Source: Bifidobacterium sp.
GTDB taxonomy: Bacteria > Actinomycetota > Actinomycetes > Actinomycetales > Bifidobacteriaceae
Direction: 5' to 3'
Assembly (NCBI GenBank): GCA_036311305.1
Contig: JAXJQE010000137.1
Span: 96 to 64,095 of the forward strand
DNA: 64,000 nucleotides
Positions 29,308 through 39,249 of the stretch are shown in pieces; within the stretch, counting starts at the first letter, position 1; each line of letters starts with the position of its first letter. The translations under genes were made by a program, and so were the position numbers. The notes below the pieces were generated by a model, which searched no databases, was not told the DNA's origin, and saw nothing but the letters and a program-made list of their open reading frames with translations.

Positions 29308-30564
29308 ATGACGGAAAGCTACGATCCCACCTCACGGCGCGTCAGCGACCTGTTCAACGCCGACGGCCACGACCTGGACACCGACCAGGCGCACGCCTAC
29401 ATCCACTACAGCCTCGACCTGCTGTACGGCGCCGCGGTCGGCAACGTCCTCGGCCAACCCTACGACGGCAAGCTGCGCGGCACCTTCACGTGCACGGGCA
29501 TGGGCACGCCGCCCGACCAGCGCGCCTACGACGCGCGCATCGCCCTCATGCTCGCCACCTTCGACTCGCTGACCAGCAACAACACCGTCGTCAACCTGCC
29601 CGACATGCGCAACCGGTACGCGATGTGCCTGGCGGGCGGCGACTACACGCCCGACCTCAAGGCGCCGGCGGGCGCCGACGCGCTGTCGGCCACCTTCGAC
29701 GCGCAGGACCCCGTCGCCGACATCGCCGCGCTCGTGCGCGTGGCGCCCTGCGCCCTGTTCGACATCGGCGACGACGACGTCAGGGCCATCGCGGGGCTCG
29801 CGCCGGCCGACGAGGGGACGCTGGAGGCGTGCGTGACGTATGTGCACATCCTGCGCGACCTGCTGCTGGGCAACCCGATCCGCGAGACGCTCACCGGCCA
29901 CGGCTTCGACCGTGTGTGGGACAAGCCCATGGAGCACCTGGACACCGCCGGCGACACCGCGCACGACCTCGAGGCCGCCATGTGGTGCCTGGCGACCACC
30001 GACGCGTACGACGACTGCGCGCTGACGGCCGTGAACCTGGGGGGACGCGCCTCGCGCACCGCCGCCGTGGCCGGCGCGGCCGCCGCCCTGGTGTACGAGT
30101 TCGCCGAGGGCCTCGACGAGGGCATCCCCACCGAATGGATGACCATGCCGGGCGCGCAATGGTTCCCCGAGGTCATCTCCGGCACCTCCAACGACGAGAG
30201 CGAACCCGAGGAGATGATGCGCGAGGGCGACAAGTGCCGCGAAGGCGTCGACGGGGAAGGCCCCGACTACGCGCTGGCGCTCGAGTACTACCGCAACGCC
30301 GTGTCCCTGCTGTTCAGCACGCGCGACGCCTCCGACCCGGACGCCGTGCTCCTGGTCGCCGAGCTGCACGAGCGCATCGGCGACGCCCACGAGCACCTGG
30401 GCAAGGCCATGGTCAAGTCCGCGTTCATGAAGAACACGCACCAGAACGAACGCGAGGCGTTCGACAACTACCGCACCGCCGTGCAGGCCGCCGAGGACGC
30501 CCTCAAGCTCGGCCTGGACGCCAGGGGCGCCAGGCGCATGCAGGCCATCCTGGCGAGCGACTAG
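29308..30564 (+). CDS. ADP-ribosylglycohydrolase-fold protein with degenerate active site plus a C-terminal TPR-like helical domain
   Basis: 418 aa. ARH-like blocks are GAAVGNVLGQPYDG, YDARIALMLA and DLEAAMWCLATTDAYDDCALTAVNLGGRASRTAAVAGAAAAL, where the canonical forms are GDALG..E, DDT and GGDTDT. The tail contains DYALALEYYRNAV and EAFDNYRTAVQAAEDAL. Confidence 0.6.
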   Translation: MTESYDPTSRRVSDLFNADGHDLDTDQAHAYIHYSLDLLYGAAVGNVLGQPYDGKLRGTFTCTGMGTPPDQRAYDARIALMLATFDSLTSNNTVVNLPDMRNRYAMCLAGGDYTPDLKAPAGADALSATFDAQDPVADIAALVRVAPCALFDIGDDDVRAIAGLAPADEGTLEACVTYVHILRDLLLGNPIRETLTGHGFDRVWDKPMEHLDTAGDTAHDLEAAMWCLATTDAYDDCALTAVNLGGRASRTAAVAGAAAALVYEFAEGLDEGIPTEWMTMPGAQWFPEVISGTSNDESEPEEMMREGDKCREGVDGEGPDYALALEYYRNAVSLLFSTRDASDPDAVLLVAELHERIGDAHEHLGKAMVKSAFMKNTHQNEREAFDNYRTAVQAAEDALKLGLDARGARRMQAILASD

Positions 30565-30571
30565 GCGCGGA

Positions 30572-30601
30572 CGCCACGGCCCTCCCGAGCCGGCCGTGGC
30601 G
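30572..30601 (+). terminator. stem-loop downstream of the ARH-like gene
   Basis: 10-bp perfect stem CGCCACGGCC / GGCCGTGGCG with a 10-nt loop. Confidence 0.45.
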
Positions 30602-30643
30602 CTATGCTGAAAGCCGCACCAACCGTCAAGGCAAGGAGAAGCC

Positions 30644-31741
30644 ATGCACCGTGGTCCGCTACGCGCGGGGGAGAAGGTCCAGTTCACCGACCGCAAGGGC
30701 ACCAAGATCACCGACCAGCTCACGGCCGGCGGCGTCACCCAGACCTCCCACGGCCTGGTCCTGCACGACGACGTCATCGGCGCCACGGAAGGCACGGTCG
30801 TCACCACCGTCACCGCCAAACGCGAGGACCAGTACGACCGGGCGCACCCCGAACGCGACGCGCGCAAGCCCTGGAAAGGCTTGCGCGCCATCGGCGGCTG
30901 GCAATTCGCCGTCATGCGCCCGCGCCTGGCCGACTACGTGCTGTCCATGCCGCGCGGCGCCCAGATCATGTACCCCAAGGACATCGCCCAGGTCATCCAA
31001 CTGGGAGACATCCGCCGCGGCATGCGCGTCCTGGAATCCGGGGCCGGCTCCGGCGCCATGAGCATGAACCTGCTCGACGCCGTCGGCCCCGAGGGGCAGC
31101 TGACCACCATCGAGCTGCGCCCCGAATTCGCCAAGATCGCCGAAGGCAACGCCACCGTCTACTTCGGAAGCCGACCGCACTGGTGGGACCTGCGCACCGG
31201 CGACTTCGACACCGTCGCCGCCACACTGCCCGAACACCGTTACGACCGCGTCATGCTCGACATGCTCGACCCCTGGAACCGCCTCGAGCAGGCGTGGCGC
31301 GCCATCGCGCCCGGCGGCGTGCTCGTCGCCTACGTGACCACCACCACCCAGCTGAGCCGCCTGGCCGAAGCGCTGCGCGCCAGCGGCCAATGGACAGAAC
31401 CCGACGTGCAGGAGACCATGGAACGCGCCTGGAAGGTCCAGGGGCTCGCGGTACGCCCCGCCCACCAGATGATCGGCCACACCGGCTTCCTCGTCGTCTC
31501 GCGCGCCATGGCCCCCGGCTACGAGGCGCTGCGCAAACGCGACCGGCCCGCCAAGGACACCACCACCGACATCGACGAGCTGAGCGCCGAGGAACGCGCC
31601 GAAGGCCTCGAGGAACTCGAACTGCGCGACATCTCCGACTGCAAGCTGCGCAAGGTGCTGCGCGACCTGGACACGCAGGTCGCCGCGCTCGCCGGCACCG
31701 GCGTCGATGATGACGCTCCGGCCGGCGGCGCGGGGCGGTGA
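30644..31741 (+). CDS. trmI: tRNA (adenine-N1)-methyltransferase (TrmI/Gcd14 family)
   Basis: 365 aa: PRGAQIMYPKDIAQVIQLGDI..GMRVLESGAGSGAMS...HTGFLVVSR. Confidence 0.8.
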   Translation: MHRGPLRAGEKVQFTDRKGTKITDQLTAGGVTQTSHGLVLHDDVIGATEGTVVTTVTAKREDQYDRAHPERDARKPWKGLRAIGGWQFAVMRPRLADYVLSMPRGAQIMYPKDIAQVIQLGDIRRGMRVLESGAGSGAMSMNLLDAVGPEGQLTTIELRPEFAKIAEGNATVYFGSRPHWWDLRTGDFDTVAATLPEHRYDRVMLDMLDPWNRLEQAWRAIAPGGVLVAYVTTTTQLSRLAEALRASGQWTEPDVQETMERAWKVQGLAVRPAHQMIGHTGFLVVSRAMAPGYEALRKRDRPAKDTTTDIDELSAEERAEGLEELELRDISDCKLRKVLRDLDTQVAALAGTGVDDDAPAGGAGR

Positions 31742-31822
31742 GCGCCGCACAGTGAACAACGCGGCGCGGCGCTCGCCGACCGTATAATCGGGTACGCAAT
31801 CGACCAGGAAGCGGTGAGGGAC

Positions 31823-32377
31823 ATGGCCAACCAACTCAAGCAGCTCGCCAAGCGGGCGAAGGGATACAAGTACGTGCTGCTGGTGATGCGCCACGCCAAG
31901 ACGGAACCCTTCGACGCGCACGGCGACTTCGAGCGCACGTTGACGGACAAGGGTCTCAAGCAGGCCAAGAAGGTCGCCAAGGCGTTGGAATCCGTGGGGC
32001 TCGTGCCCGACCAGATCGACTGCTCGAGCGCGGTGCGCGCCCGCCAGACCTGCGGGCGCATGCTCAAGGTGTTCGGCGACGGGCCCAAGGTCGAGTACGT
32101 CAAGGCTCTGTACGACGACGGCATGCAGGCAGTGTTCGACGCGTTGGCCTCGTGCAAGGACAAGCGGCGCACGCTCATGGTCATCGGGCACGAGCCGACC
32201 GTGTCCATGGCATGCCAGTGGCTCGCCTCCGCCCGCTCCGAGCGTTCGCTGCTCGACCTGCTCAACCTGGGCATGAGCACCGCCAGCGTCGCCGTGTTCG
32301 GCTCCGACGCGCCGCTTCGCAAATGGGGCACGCATGACGCCGAGCTGCTCGGCGTGCTCAACCCGCGGGACCTGTAG
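31823..32377 (+). CDS. histidine phosphatase family protein (SixA-like)
   Basis: YVLLVMRHAKTE contains the RHA catalytic motif, and a later LMVIGHEPT is present. Start is the ATG at 31823 or the GTG at 31814. Confidence 0.7.
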   Translation: MANQLKQLAKRAKGYKYVLLVMRHAKTEPFDAHGDFERTLTDKGLKQAKKVAKALESVGLVPDQIDCSSAVRARQTCGRMLKVFGDGPKVEYVKALYDDGMQAVFDALASCKDKRRTLMVIGHEPTVSMACQWLASARSERSLLDLLNLGMSTASVAVFGSDAPLRKWGTHDAELLGVLNPRDL

Positions 32378-32394
32378 GCCCAAGCTCTCCGGGG

Positions 32395-32428
32395 TGCGGG
32401 GCATCGTGCGCATGCACGGTGCCCCGCA
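32395..32428 (+). terminator. stem-loop downstream of the SixA-like gene
   Basis: 15-bp stem (one G-U pair) TGCGGGGCATCGTGC / GCACGGTGCCCCGCA with a GCAT loop. Confidence 0.55.
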
Positions 32429-32435
32429 GCCGTAT

Positions 32436-32497
32436 CCATGGGTATATGCCACACCGATAACCGACCCCATGGGTATAAACGCAGGTTATAACCGTAT
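32436..32497. promoter_or_regulatory. two 31-bp direct repeats sharing the blocks CCATGGGTATA and ATAACCG, upstream of metE
   Basis: Unit 1 is 32436-32466 and unit 2 is 32467-32497, with 19 of 31 positions identical, concentrated in two blocks. The region is locally AT-rich. Confidence 0.45.
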
Positions 32498-32605
32498 CTC
32501 GGAAACCGCTATGGCGGATTGGTGGACAGCGCGGGTTTCGCGCCCTGAAGCCTGATACTGTGAGTCGCGTCGCCGAATCGACCGCAGTACTTTTGGGAGG
32601 AACGC

Positions 32606-34909
32606 ATGAGTGTCCTGACGTCCATTTCCGGTTTCCCGCGCATCGGACGCAACCGTGAGCTCAAGAAGGCCATCGAGGCCCATTGGAAGGGCAACGCCAC
32701 GCTCGCCGACGTGCGCCAGGTGGGCGCGGAACTGCGCGAGGAGCATTGGAGGCTCGAACAGGCCGCCGGCATCGACCTCATCCCCAGCAACGACTTCTCC
32801 CTGTACGACCAGGTGCTCGACACCGCGATCCTGCTCAACGTCATCCCGCGGCGTTACCGCGCCCTGGGCTTCGAGAACCCGGAGGAGACGCTGTTCGCGA
32901 TGGCGCGCGGCTACCAGGGCGAGCGCGGCGACGTGACCGCCCTGCCCATGAAGAAGTGGTTCACCACCAATTACCACTACCTGGTGCCCGAATTCGAGCC
33001 GGACACCCAGGTCAGGCTCAACTCCACCAAGCCGTTCGACGAGTTCACCGAGGCGAAGGACAGGCTGGGCTTGGTCACCAAGCCGGTGCTCATCGGCCCC
33101 TACACGTTCCTCAAGCTCGCCCGCACCCCGCAGGCGCAGGAACTGACCATCGACACCACGCTCATCGACGCCGTCGCCAAGGTGTACGCCGAGGTCCTCA
33201 CCAGGTTCGCGCAGCTCGGCGCCGCATGGATCCAGTTCGACGAACCCTACCTCGTGATGGACAAGGCCGAGGGCGACACCGAACTGTTCGAGGCGCTCTA
33301 CCAGCGCATCCTGCCCGCCCGCGCCGGCAACGTGAAGGTGCTGCTCAACACGTACTTCGGCAACATCGCCGACGTGTACGCGGACGCGCTCGCCCTCGGC
33401 TTCGACGGCATCGGCCTCGACCTCGTCGAGGGCCGCGACGCGAACCTCGCCGCCGTGTCCGAGCACGGCGTCACCGACGGCGTCACGCTGTTCGCCGGCG
33501 TCGTGGGCGGCCGCAACATCTGGCGCAACAACTACGCGACCAGCATCGGCCTGGTGCAGGCGCTCCAGCAGGCCGGCGCGCCCGTGGCCGTCGCCTCGGC
33601 CTGCTCGCTGCTGCACGTGCCGTTCAGCACCCAGGGCGAGGAACAGCTCGGCGAGGACGTCCTCAGGCACCTCGCGTTCGCGTTGGAGAAGCTCCATGAG
33701 GTGCGCCAGGTCGCCGACCTCGTCGACCTCGACGACGACGCGCTCAAGGCGTCCGATGCGCTCAAGGCCAACCAGCTGCTGTTCGACGGCACGCGCGTGG
33801 CCCGCGACCAGGCCGTCGCCGAGCGCATCGCCGCCCTCGAGGACAGCGACTACACGCGCCGGCCCGCGCGCACGGAACGCCAGAAGCTGCAGCGCGAGGC
33901 GCTCGGCCTGCCCGAGCTGCCCACCACCACGATCGGCTCCTTCCCGCAGACCCGCGAGATCCGCGCCGAACGCGCGCGCCTGCGCAAGGGCGAGATCAGC
34001 CAGGAGCAGTACGACGCGTTCATCAAGGAGCGCATCGACGAGGTCATCAGGCACCAGGAACAGATCGGCCTGGACGTGCTCGTGCACGGTGAGTTCGAAC
34101 GCAACGACATGGTCGAGTACTTCGGCCAGCACCTCAACGGCTTCCTGTTCACGAAGAACGCGTGGGTGCAGTCCTACGGCACCCGCTGCGTCAAGCCGCC
34201 GCTCGTGTGGGGCGACGTGTCGCGCGCCGAACCCATCACCGTCGCCTGGAGCTCCTACGCGCAGTCCAGGACCGACAAGCCGATGAAGGGCATGCTCACC
34301 GGCCCGGTCACCATCCTCAACTGGTCGTGGCCGCGCGAGGACATCACCCACGAGGAGCAGACCCAGCAGCTCGCGCTCGCGATCCGCGACGAGGTCCTCG
34401 ACCTGGAGGCCGCGGGCATCCCCGTTATCCAGATCGACGAGGCGGCGCTGCGCGAGAAACTGCCGCTGCGCCGCTCCGACTGGCACCGTGAATACCTCGA
34501 CTGGGCGATCCCCGCGTTCCGCCTGGTGCATTCCGCCGTCAAGCCCACCACGCAGATCCACACGCACATGTGCTACTCGGAGTTCAACGACATCATCGAG
34601 GACATCGACGCGATGGACGCGGACGTGATCTCCTTCGAGGCGTCGCGCGGTGACCTCGTGGTCCTCGACGCCATCCACGACGCGCACTTCGAGACCGAGG
34701 CCGGCCCCGGCGTCTACGACATCCATTCGCCGCGCGTGCCCTCCACCGCTGAGCTCGTGGAGCGCATCGGCCAGATCCTGGCGAAGATGGATGTCTCCAA
34801 GGTGTGGATCAATCCCGACTGCGGCCTGAAGACCCGTGGCGACGAGGAGACGTGGCCCAGCCTGGAGCACATGGTCGAGGCCACGAGGATCGTGCGCGAA
34901 CGCCTTTGA
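32606..34909 (+). CDS. metE: 5-methyltetrahydropteroyltriglutamate--homocysteine S-methyltransferase (cobalamin-independent methionine synthase)
   Basis: 767 aa: [29 protein letters not shown]... with C-terminal ...[12 protein letters not shown]...DCGLKTR. Confidence 0.95.
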   Translation: MSVLTSISGFPRIGRNRELKKAIEAHWKGNATLADVRQVGAELREEHWRLEQAAGIDLIPSNDFSLYDQVLDTAILLNVIPRRYRALGFENPEETLFAMARGYQGERGDVTALPMKKWFTTNYHYLVPEFEPDTQVRLNSTKPFDEFTEAKDRLGLVTKPVLIGPYTFLKLARTPQAQELTIDTTLIDAVAKVYAEVLTRFAQLGAAWIQFDEPYLVMDKAEGDTELFEALYQRILPARAGNVKVLLNTYFGNIADVYADALALGFDGIGLDLVEGRDANLAAVSEHGVTDGVTLFAGVVGGRNIWRNNYATSIGLVQALQQAGAPVAVASACSLLHVPFSTQGEEQLGEDVLRHLAFALEKLHEVRQVADLVDLDDDALKASDALKANQLLFDGTRVARDQAVAERIAALEDSDYTRRPARTERQKLQREALGLPELPTTTIGSFPQTREIRAERARLRKGEISQEQYDAFIKERIDEVIRHQEQIGLDVLVHGEFERNDMVEYFGQHLNGFLFTKNAWVQSYGTRCVKPPLVWGDVSRAEPITVAWSSYAQSRTDKPMKGMLTGPVTILNWSWPREDITHEEQTQQLALAIRDEVLDLEAAGIPVIQIDEAALREKLPLRRSDWHREYLDWAIPAFRLVHSAVKPTTQIHTHMCYSEFNDIIEDIDAMDADVISFEASRGDLVVLDAIHDAHFETEAGPGVYDIHSPRVPSTAELVERIGQILAKMDVSKVWINPDCGLKTRGDEETWPSLEHMVEATRIVRERL

Positions 34910-35016
34910 CCCCCACTGACCCCCACCGGACCATCCGGAACGACCGTACGGGTCCCGTCACCGCCATGGGCGCGACGGGACCCGTCCCGCACCACCCCTG
35001 TACCAAGGAAGCAGCC

Positions 35017-35869
35017 ATGCCCATTTTTTCCCTGGAGATCTTCCCGCCCAAGCGCACCGCGCCCGTGGGCACCATCTACGACACGCTCGACGGCCTGGAG
35101 GGGCTGAAGCCCGCGTTCATCTCCGTGACGTACGGCACCGGCAAGAGCGCGGACCGCACCGCCACGGCGCGCATCGCCAACACGGTGCGCAGCGAGTACG
35201 GCATCGACGCCGTCGCCCACCTGACCGCCCAGTACCTTGACAAGGACGCGGCCCTGGAGGCGCTCGACCTGTTCGACCAGGCGAAGGTGTCCGGCATCCT
35301 CGCCCTGCGCGGTGACCGCAACCCCGAGCGTGAACCGGCCGGCGTGTTCGAGCACGCCAGCGACCTGACGGCGTTCATCCGCGAGCACCGGCCCGGCATG
35401 AAGGTGTACGGCGCCTGCTACCCGGAAAAGCATCCCCAGGCCGCCACCCTGAAGGAGGACGTGGACAACCTCAAACGCAAGGTGGACGCCGGCTGCACCC
35501 ACCTGATCAGCCAACTGTTCTATGACGACGAGGATTTCCTGCGCTTCCGCGACCTGGTGGACGCCGCTGGCATCCAGGTGCCCGTCGAGGCGGGCATCAT
35601 GCCTGTCACCAACGAGAGGAGCGTGCGTCGCATGGCCGGCATGTGCTCCTCGAAGATCCCCACGACCCTGGCCACGATGCTCGACAAGTGGGGCGGCGAC
35701 CCCGCGACCCTGCGCGACGCGGGCATCATCTACGCGTCCCAGCAGATCTCGGACCTGGTCGCCCACGGCGTGGACGGCATCCACCTGTACAGCATGAACC
35801 CTGTACAGCATGAACCGCCCCGCCACCGCCAGGCGCATCTGGGCCAACGTGCACACCCTGTTCGCCTGA
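35017..35869 (+). pseudogene. metF: methylenetetrahydrofolate reductase, frameshifted by a 16-bp tandem duplication near the 3' end
   Basis: MPIFSLEIFPPKRTAP...ISVTYGTGKS...HLISQLFYD...GVDGIHLYSMN. The duplication at 35785-35816 shifts the frame. Removing one copy gives 837 nt (278 aa) ending ...NRPATARRIWANVHTLFA with a TGA at 35867-35869. As written, the frame stays open into glnE. Confidence 0.8.
35785..35816. repeat. perfect 16-bp tandem duplication CTGTACAGCATGAACC x2
   Basis: Read directly: 35785-35800 equals 35801-35816. Confidence 0.95.
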
Positions 35870-35946
35870 CCGGCCCGCCCCATGCGCCGTCCTCCATGGG
35901 GAAGGCGGGCCGCCGGGGACGGCGAAACCATGTATGGTGGGAAGGC

Positions 35947-38900
35947 ATGGATCCAAGCACCACTTCGATCGGCACACGCGACATCATCCACGCCGGGCTC
36001 CTGCGCCTGGGCGATTCCAAACGCACCCTGGACGCGTTGCGAGGCCAGGGCGTCGACGGGACGCACCTGCGCCTGCTGCTCGACGACCTGGCGGCCGCGG
36101 CCGACCCGGACGCCGCGTTGGCGTCCTTCGCCGACATCCGCGCACAGTACGGGCGCGACGGCCACCCCCTCGACGGCTACCTGAGTGACCATGCGCGCGC
36201 GCAGCGCCTCATCGGTGTGCTCGGCGCCTCCAACGCGATGGGCATGCTCATGCGCTCGCGGCCCGAACTGCTCGCGGCCGTCACCGACGACCCCGACCAC
36301 GCGGTGCGCGCGTCGCGCGATGAACGGGTGCGCGTCATGCTCGACGCCATCGGCGTCGACGGGACGGACGGCGCGCCCGTGGCCACGCGCGACCTGGCCG
36401 CGTCGGTGGGGGCGCTGCGGCGCGCCTACCGTGAGCAGCTGGCCGGCATCATGGCGTACGATGTGTCCGCGCAGGACCCCATCGACGCGCAGCCGGCCGT
36501 CAGCCGCGCCCTGTCCGACCTGGCGGACGCCGCCCTCGAGGGCGCCCTGGCCATCGCCCGCCACGAGGTGGCGGACAGCGCCAAGGTCCGGTTCGCGATC
36601 ATCGGGATGGGCAAGCTGGGCGCCCGGGAACTCAACTACGTGTCCGACGTCGACCTCATCTACGTGGTCGAGGCCGCCATGGACGCCACGACCCAGGAGG
36701 ATGGCAGCGAACGGCTCGAAGCGGCCGTCGGCGACGACACCCTCAAGCGCATCGGCACGAAAATGGCCATGGTCCTGCAGAAAGCCTGCCAATCCGTCGT
36801 CCCCGGCGTCACGGAGCCCATGCTTTGGCAGATCGACGGCGCGCTGCGGCCCGAGGGCAAGGACGGTCCGCTCGTGCGCCGTCTCGACTCCCACCGCGCC
36901 TACTATGAGCAGTGGGCGGAGAACTGGGAGTTCCAGGCGCTCCTCAAGGCCCGCGCCGTCGCCGGCGACACGAGCCTCGGCGACGCCTACATGCAGATGG
37001 CCGACGGTTTCGTGTGGCAGGCCGCCGGCCGGGAGAACTTCGTCAACGACTGCCAGCGCATGCGCGAACGCGTCGAACACCTCATCGCTCCCGCGTTGCG
37101 TGACCGCGAGATCAAGCTCGGCAGGGGAGGGCTGCGCGATGTGGAGTTCACCGTCCAGATGCTCCAGCTCGTCCACGGCCGCACCGACCCGAGCCTGCGC
37201 GTCAAGGGCACCCTCGACGCGTTGCAGGCCCTCTCCGACGGCGGCTACGTGTCCCGCACCCACGCCAAGGACCTGGGCGGCGACTACCGGTTCGAACGCG
37301 TCCTGGAGCACCGCCAGCAGATGTGGCAGCTCAAACGCACCCACCTGTTCCCCGATCTCGGCGCCGCCAACGACGGCGGCCTCGAGAAACAACGCAACGT
37401 GAACGTCGACGAACTCAACCAGAACGAGGAACTGCGCCGGCTTGCCCGCGCCGTGGGCCTGCGCCCCGAGGAACTCGTGCGCCGCTACGACGAGACCCGC
37501 CAGCAGGTGCGCCGGCTGCACAACGACATCTACTACCGGCCCATGCTGCCCATCTCCGCCACCAGCGCCGACGAAGCCGTCGTCCTGTCCCCGCAGGCCA
37601 CCATGGCCCGCTACGAAGCCATCGGCTTCGCCGACCCCGCCGCCGCCCTGCGCCACGTCCAGGCCCTCACCGACGGCGTCACCCGCGCCGCCAAGATCAA
37701 CCGCATCCTCCTGCCCGCCGCACTGCGCTGGCTCGGCGAAGGCCAGAACCCCGACATGGGATTGCTGCACTGGCGCACCCTCGAGGAACACTTCGGGTCC
37801 GAACACGAATACCTCGGCTTCCTGCGCGACTCACCAAACGCCGCCCGGCGCCTGTGCCACGTCCTGTCCAACTCACGCTTCCTCGGCGACGCCCTCAACA
37901 AATCCCTCGAATCCATCACCTGGCTCGGCCACGACCAGGCGCTCCTCCCACGTACCCGCAGCGCGCTCGACACCCAATGCGCCGCCATCACCAACCGCTA
38001 CAACGACGCCCCACGCGAATGCGCCACCGCCCTCAGGGCCCTGAGACGCCACGAGATCGAACGCATCGGCCTGGGCTGGATGAGCGGCGTCAACACCGAC
38101 CACACCATGCTCACCGGCATGACCGACACCTACGACGCCATCATCGACGCCGCCCTGCGCTGGGCCACCGACACCCAGACGCGCGAGGACCACGTCGAAC
38201 AGCCGCCCGCCACCCTCACCGTCATCGCCATGGGACGCTACGGGGGACGCGAGGTCAACTTCAGCTCCGACGCCGACATCATCATCATCTACCGGCCCAA
38301 CGAAGGCGCCGACGAAACCGAGGCCAACCGGTTCGCCCGCAAGGTCGAGGAACGCCTGCGCGCCATGATGCAAGGCCCCCTCACCCTCGAACCCCGGATC
38401 GAACTCGACATGGACCTCAGGCCCGAAGGCAAGAACGGACCCCTGGTGCGCTCCTACGCCAGCTGCGAGGAATACTACCGAAGCTGGGCCAGCACCTGGG
38501 AACGCCAGGCGCTCCTGCGCGCGCGCCACGCCGCCGGCGACGGCGCGCTCGCCGACGATTTCCTCGCGAACATCGCCGACCCGATGCGCTACCCGGACCG
38601 GCCGCTGACCGAGGAGGAGCTCGGCCAGATCCGTCGCCTCAAGGCGCGCATGGAGGCCGAGCGCCTGCCGCGCGGCGTCAGGCGCGACCGGCATTTGAAG
38701 CTCGGCAAGGGGGGCCTGTCGGACGTGGAATGGACCGTCCAGCTGCTGCAGCTGCGCCACGCCCACGCCATCCGCGACCTGCGCGTCAACTCCACGATGC
38801 AGGCCCTGGACGCCCTCGAGAAGCACGGCCTGGTCGGCACGGAGGATGCCGCCGTCCTGCGCGACGCGTGGGTCATGTGCACCGACGCGCGCAACGGCAA

Positions 38901-39096
38901 CTACCTGTGGAGCGGGCGCGCCAACCAGGCGGACATCCTGCCGACCGACGTGTACTCGCTGGGCGGCATCGCCGTCTACCTCGGTTACGACGCCAACCAG
39001 GGCCAGCGTTTCGAGAACGACCTGCTGTCCGTCATGCGCCGTGCCCGCGAGGTCACCGAACGGCTCTTCTACGGCAACGAGGGGGACCGGGACTGA
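35947..39096 (+). CDS. glnE: bifunctional glutamine synthetase adenylyltransferase/adenylyl-removing enzyme
   Basis: 1049 aa from the ATG at 35947 (GGGAAGG RBS). Two nucleotidyltransferase modules are present (IIGMGKLGARELNYVSDVDLIYV and VIAMGRYGGREVNFSSDADIIIIY). Confidence 0.9.
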   Translation: MDPSTTSIGTRDIIHAGLLRLGDSKRTLDALRGQGVDGTHLRLLLDDLAAAADPDAALASFADIRAQYGRDGHPLDGYLSDHARAQRLIGVLGASNAMGMLMRSRPELLAAVTDDPDHAVRASRDERVRVMLDAIGVDGTDGAPVATRDLAASVGALRRAYREQLAGIMAYDVSAQDPIDAQPAVSRALSDLADAALEGALAIARHEVADSAKVRFAIIGMGKLGARELNYVSDVDLIYVVEAAMDATTQEDGSERLEAAVGDDTLKRIGTKMAMVLQKACQSVVPGVTEPMLWQIDGALRPEGKDGPLVRRLDSHRAYYEQWAENWEFQALLKARAVAGDTSLGDAYMQMADGFVWQAAGRENFVNDCQRMRERVEHLIAPALRDREIKLGRGGLRDVEFTVQMLQLVHGRTDPSLRVKGTLDALQALSDGGYVSRTHAKDLGGDYRFERVLEHRQQMWQLKRTHLFPDLGAANDGGLEKQRNVNVDELNQNEELRRLARAVGLRPEELVRRYDETRQQVRRLHNDIYYRPMLPISATSADEAVVLSPQATMARYEAIGFADPAAALRHVQALTDGVTRAAKINRILLPAALRWLGEGQNPDMGLLHWRTLEEHFGSEHEYLGFLRDSPNAARRLCHVLSNSRFLGDALNKSLESITWLGHDQALLPRTRSALDTQCAAITNRYNDAPRECATALRALRRHEIERIGLGWMSGVNTDHTMLTGMTDTYDAIIDAALRWATDTQTREDHVEQPPATLTVIAMGRYGGREVNFSSDADIIIIYRPNEGADETEANRFARKVEERLRAMMQGPLTLEPRIELDMDLRPEGKNGPLVRSYASCEEYYRSWASTWERQALLRARHAAGDGALADDFLANIADPMRYPDRPLTEEELGQIRRLKARMEAERLPRGVRRDRHLKLGKGGLSDVEWTVQLLQLRHAHAIRDLRVNSTMQALDALEKHGLVGTEDAAVLRDAWVMCTDARNGNYLWSGRANQADILPTDVYSLGGIAVYLGYDANQGQRFENDLLSVMRRAREVTERLFYGNEGDRD

Positions 39097-39103
39097 CGCC
39101 GGC

Positions 39104-39139
39104 GTCCCGCGGTGTGTCCCGCGGTGTGTCCCGTGGGGC
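39104..39139. repeat. 12-bp tandem repeat GTCCCGCGGTGT x2 plus one degenerate copy (GTCCCGTGGGGC)
   Basis: Read directly, immediately downstream of the glnE stop and upstream of pyrB. Confidence 0.85.
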
Positions 39140-39249
39140 GTCTCGCGATTCGTCCCCGTGGGGCCGGGCCGGTCGTCGGTGCTGCTATCGTGGATTAGGT
39201 CACGTACACATGGCCACCTTTGCAAGCCAACGAAAGGTGCACCTTGGAC

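Noticed and set aside
32378-32605. A cobalamin or SAM riboswitch in the metE leader.
   Set aside because: I could find no B12 box (GCCACTG-like) or recognisable SAM-riboswitch core by eye. An Infernal scan is needed for a definitive answer.
34804-39096. A 1430-aa MetF-GlnE protein as a genuine natural fusion.
   Set aside because: The two halves are joined only because of the 16-bp tandem duplication. The 43-aa linker is junk (PVQHEPPRHRQAHLGQRAHPVRLTGPP...). glnE keeps its own RBS and ATG, and removing one repeat copy restores a normal metF stop.
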